From the NCBI GenBank assembly GCA_963809895.1, contig CAWELD010000003.1, forward strand, positions 320,001 to 384,000: DNA of 64,000 nucleotides. The letters are read 5' to 3'. The notes below the pieces were generated by a model, which saw only the letters and a program-made list of their open reading frames with translations, did no database searches and had not been told where the DNA came from. The position numbers and the translations under genes are program-made. Below, piece by piece: positions 62,403-64,000 of the stretch. This DNA is from an uncultured Gemmatimonadales bacterium (lineage in GTDB: Bacteria; Gemmatimonadota; Gemmatimonadetes; Longimicrobiales; Gaopeijiaceae). Position 1 is the stretch's first letter. Every line of letters begins with the position of its first letter.

Positions 62403-63671
62403 GTGGACCGCGCCGTCCTCGTGGCGGCGCCCACGCGCGACGTGGACCCGCGCATCGCGGAAGAGCACCTGGAGGAGTTGGCGCGGCTCACGGACACCGC
62501 CGGCGGCAAGGTCGCGGCCGTGGTGCGCCAGCGAGTCGCGGCCCCCCACGCCAGGCTCTACATCGGCGAAGGGAAGGCGGACGAGCTCCGTCGGACGGTG
62601 GAGAGCTCCGGGGCCGATCTGGTCATCTTCGACGAGGAGCTGTCGCCGGCCCAGGGCAAGAACCTGGAGGACCACGTCGGCGTTCGCGTCATGGATCGCT
62701 CGGAGCTCATCCTGGACATCTTCGCATCCAGGGCGCGCTCCCGAGAGGCCCGCATGCAGGTGGAGTTGGCTCAGCTCGAATATCTGCTGCCCCGGCTGAA
62801 GCGCATGTGGAGCCACCTGTCCCGCATTCGCGGCGGCATCGGGCTGCGCGGTCCCGGTGAGACCCAGCTCGAGAGCGACCGACGCCTCATCGGTACTCGG
62901 ATCGCGGACCTCCGCAAGAAGCTCCAGGGCGTGGCGCGGGCCCGGGAGACGCAGCGAAAGTCACGTCAGGGAGAGTTCAGGGCGGCGCTGGTGGGGTACA
63001 CCAACGCCGGCAAGTCGTCGCTGCTGCGAGCCCTGTCCGGAGCCGACGTCTTCGTGGAGGACCGCCTGTTCGCGACGCTGGACTCCACCACCCGAGCGGT
63101 GGAGGTGGGGGGAGGGCACAGCGTCCTGGTCACCGACACGGTGGGCTTCATCCGCAAGCTCCCGCATCACCTGGTGGCCTCGTTCCGGTCCACGCTCGAG
63201 GAAGCCAGGGAGGCGGACGTTCTGCTGCACGTGGTGGATTCGTCGCACCCCGACCGCGAGGAGCAGGAAGAGGTCGTGCTGGAGGTGCTCGAGGATCTGG
63301 ATCTGGACGATCGTCCCCAGATCCTGGTGTTCAACAAGATCGACCGGCTCACGCACGCCGAAGAGGACGCGCTCAGGGAGCGGGTGCGGGCGTTCGCGAA
63401 CGCTCCGGCCGTCTTCGTGTCCGCGCATCAGCCGGACACGCTGGAGTCGCTGCGCGAAGCCCTGAGGGCCCGGGTGCGGGCGCGCTATCAGGCCGTGCAC
63501 CTTCACCTGCCTGCCCGGGACGGTGAGGCCCTCGCGGCCCTCTACCGGGAGGGTGAGGTGCTGGAGCGCGAAGATCGGGGCACGGTCATCGAAATCCACG
63601 CGCGTGTCCCCATCGCCCTGTTGGGTCAGCTCCGCCAGCGCGACGGCATCCAGGTCCTGGACGTCGCCTGA
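62403..63671 (+). CDS. hflX: GTPase HflX (start may lie at ATT 62370)
   Basis: ELSPAQ, QVELAQL, GPGETQLE, GYTNAGKS, LFATLD, DTVGFI, NKID. Confidence 0.97.
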   Translation: MDRAVLVAAPTRDVDPRIAEEHLEELARLTDTAGGKVAAVVRQRVAAPHARLYIGEGKADELRRTVESSGADLVIFDEELSPAQGKNLEDHVGVRVMDRSELILDIFASRARSREARMQVELAQLEYLLPRLKRMWSHLSRIRGGIGLRGPGETQLESDRRLIGTRIADLRKKLQGVARARETQRKSRQGEFRAALVGYTNAGKSSLLRALSGADVFVEDRLFATLDSTTRAVEVGGGHSVLVTDTVGFIRKLPHHLVASFRSTLEEAREADVLLHVVDSSHPDREEQEEVVLEVLEDLDLDDRPQILVFNKIDRLTHAEEDALRERVRAFANAPAVFVSAHQPDTLESLREALRARVRARYQAVHLHLPARDGEALAALYREGEVLEREDRGTVIEIHARVPIALLGQLRQRDGIQVLDVA

Positions 63672-63674
63672 GCC

Positions 63675-64000
63675 GTGTTCGACCGGATCGTGTTCGTGGG
63701 CCCCGGCCGGGTGGGGATGGCGTTCGGATACGCCCTCTGGCAGGCCGACGCCGTCCGTGAGCTGCGCTATTACGGCCGCCGGCCCGAGCCGCCGGGACAC
63801 CCGCTCTTCGCTCAGGGCCACGCGACGTACCGGTACGGGCTGGAGCTGCCTCCACCCGGCACCGAGGCCGTTTTCCTCACCGTTCCGGACGATGTGTTGT
63901 CGGGGGTTGCCCACGCGCTCGCCGGGTTGGGCAGCGCGCCGGCCGGCTGTGCGGCCTTCCATTGCTCGGGAGCGCTGAGCGCGGAGGTGCTGGCTCCGTT
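63675..64000 (+). CDS. Rossmann-like/DUF2520 oxidoreductase, partial
   Basis: Manual translation from GTG 63675: FDRIVFVGPGRVG...FLTVPDD...FHCSGAL; runs off the window. Confidence 0.8.
   Translation, partial: MFDRIVFVGPGRVGMAFGYALWQADAVRELRYYGRRPEPPGHPLFAQGHATYRYGLELPPPGTEAVFLTVPDDVLSGVAHALAGLGSAPAGCAAFHCSGALSAEVLAP

Overview
High-GC bacterial chromosomal window, almost fully coding. A Gemmatimonadota/Longimicrobiales-like origin is inferred from the gene repertoire only. Housekeeping genes include mfd (partial), lepA, pruA, mrp/apbC, menG/ubiE, mutM, purD, glmM-glmS-dtd-maf, glpK, a ccm cytochrome c maturation operon, ltaE, recA, alaS, gmhA, a CCA-adding enzyme, rarA and hflX. Less ordinary content: (1) an ECF sigma / double zinc-finger anti-sigma envelope-stress locus whose promoter motif (T/C)GAA(A/T)C-N17-CGTA occurs four times, once upstream of a distant M48 protease; (2) a ~300-bp, highly structured MITE-like insertion with 33-bp inverted ends at the ROK kinase stop codon; (3) a ROK-PfkB-[STAS+HATPase]-[STAS-like+putative wHTH] operon resembling a partner-switching module; (4) a secreted DUF4384-like protein with a lone CxxCH and a 60-bp tandem-repeat tail; (5) Cys-type (CxxxY) CcmE with no ccmG/ccmH in the operon; (6) two tandem barrel-less TonB-plug proteins; (7) a possible AUU start for hflX. 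No rRNA, tRNA, CRISPR array, transposase or prophage was recognised. All family calls come from motif recognition, not database searches.
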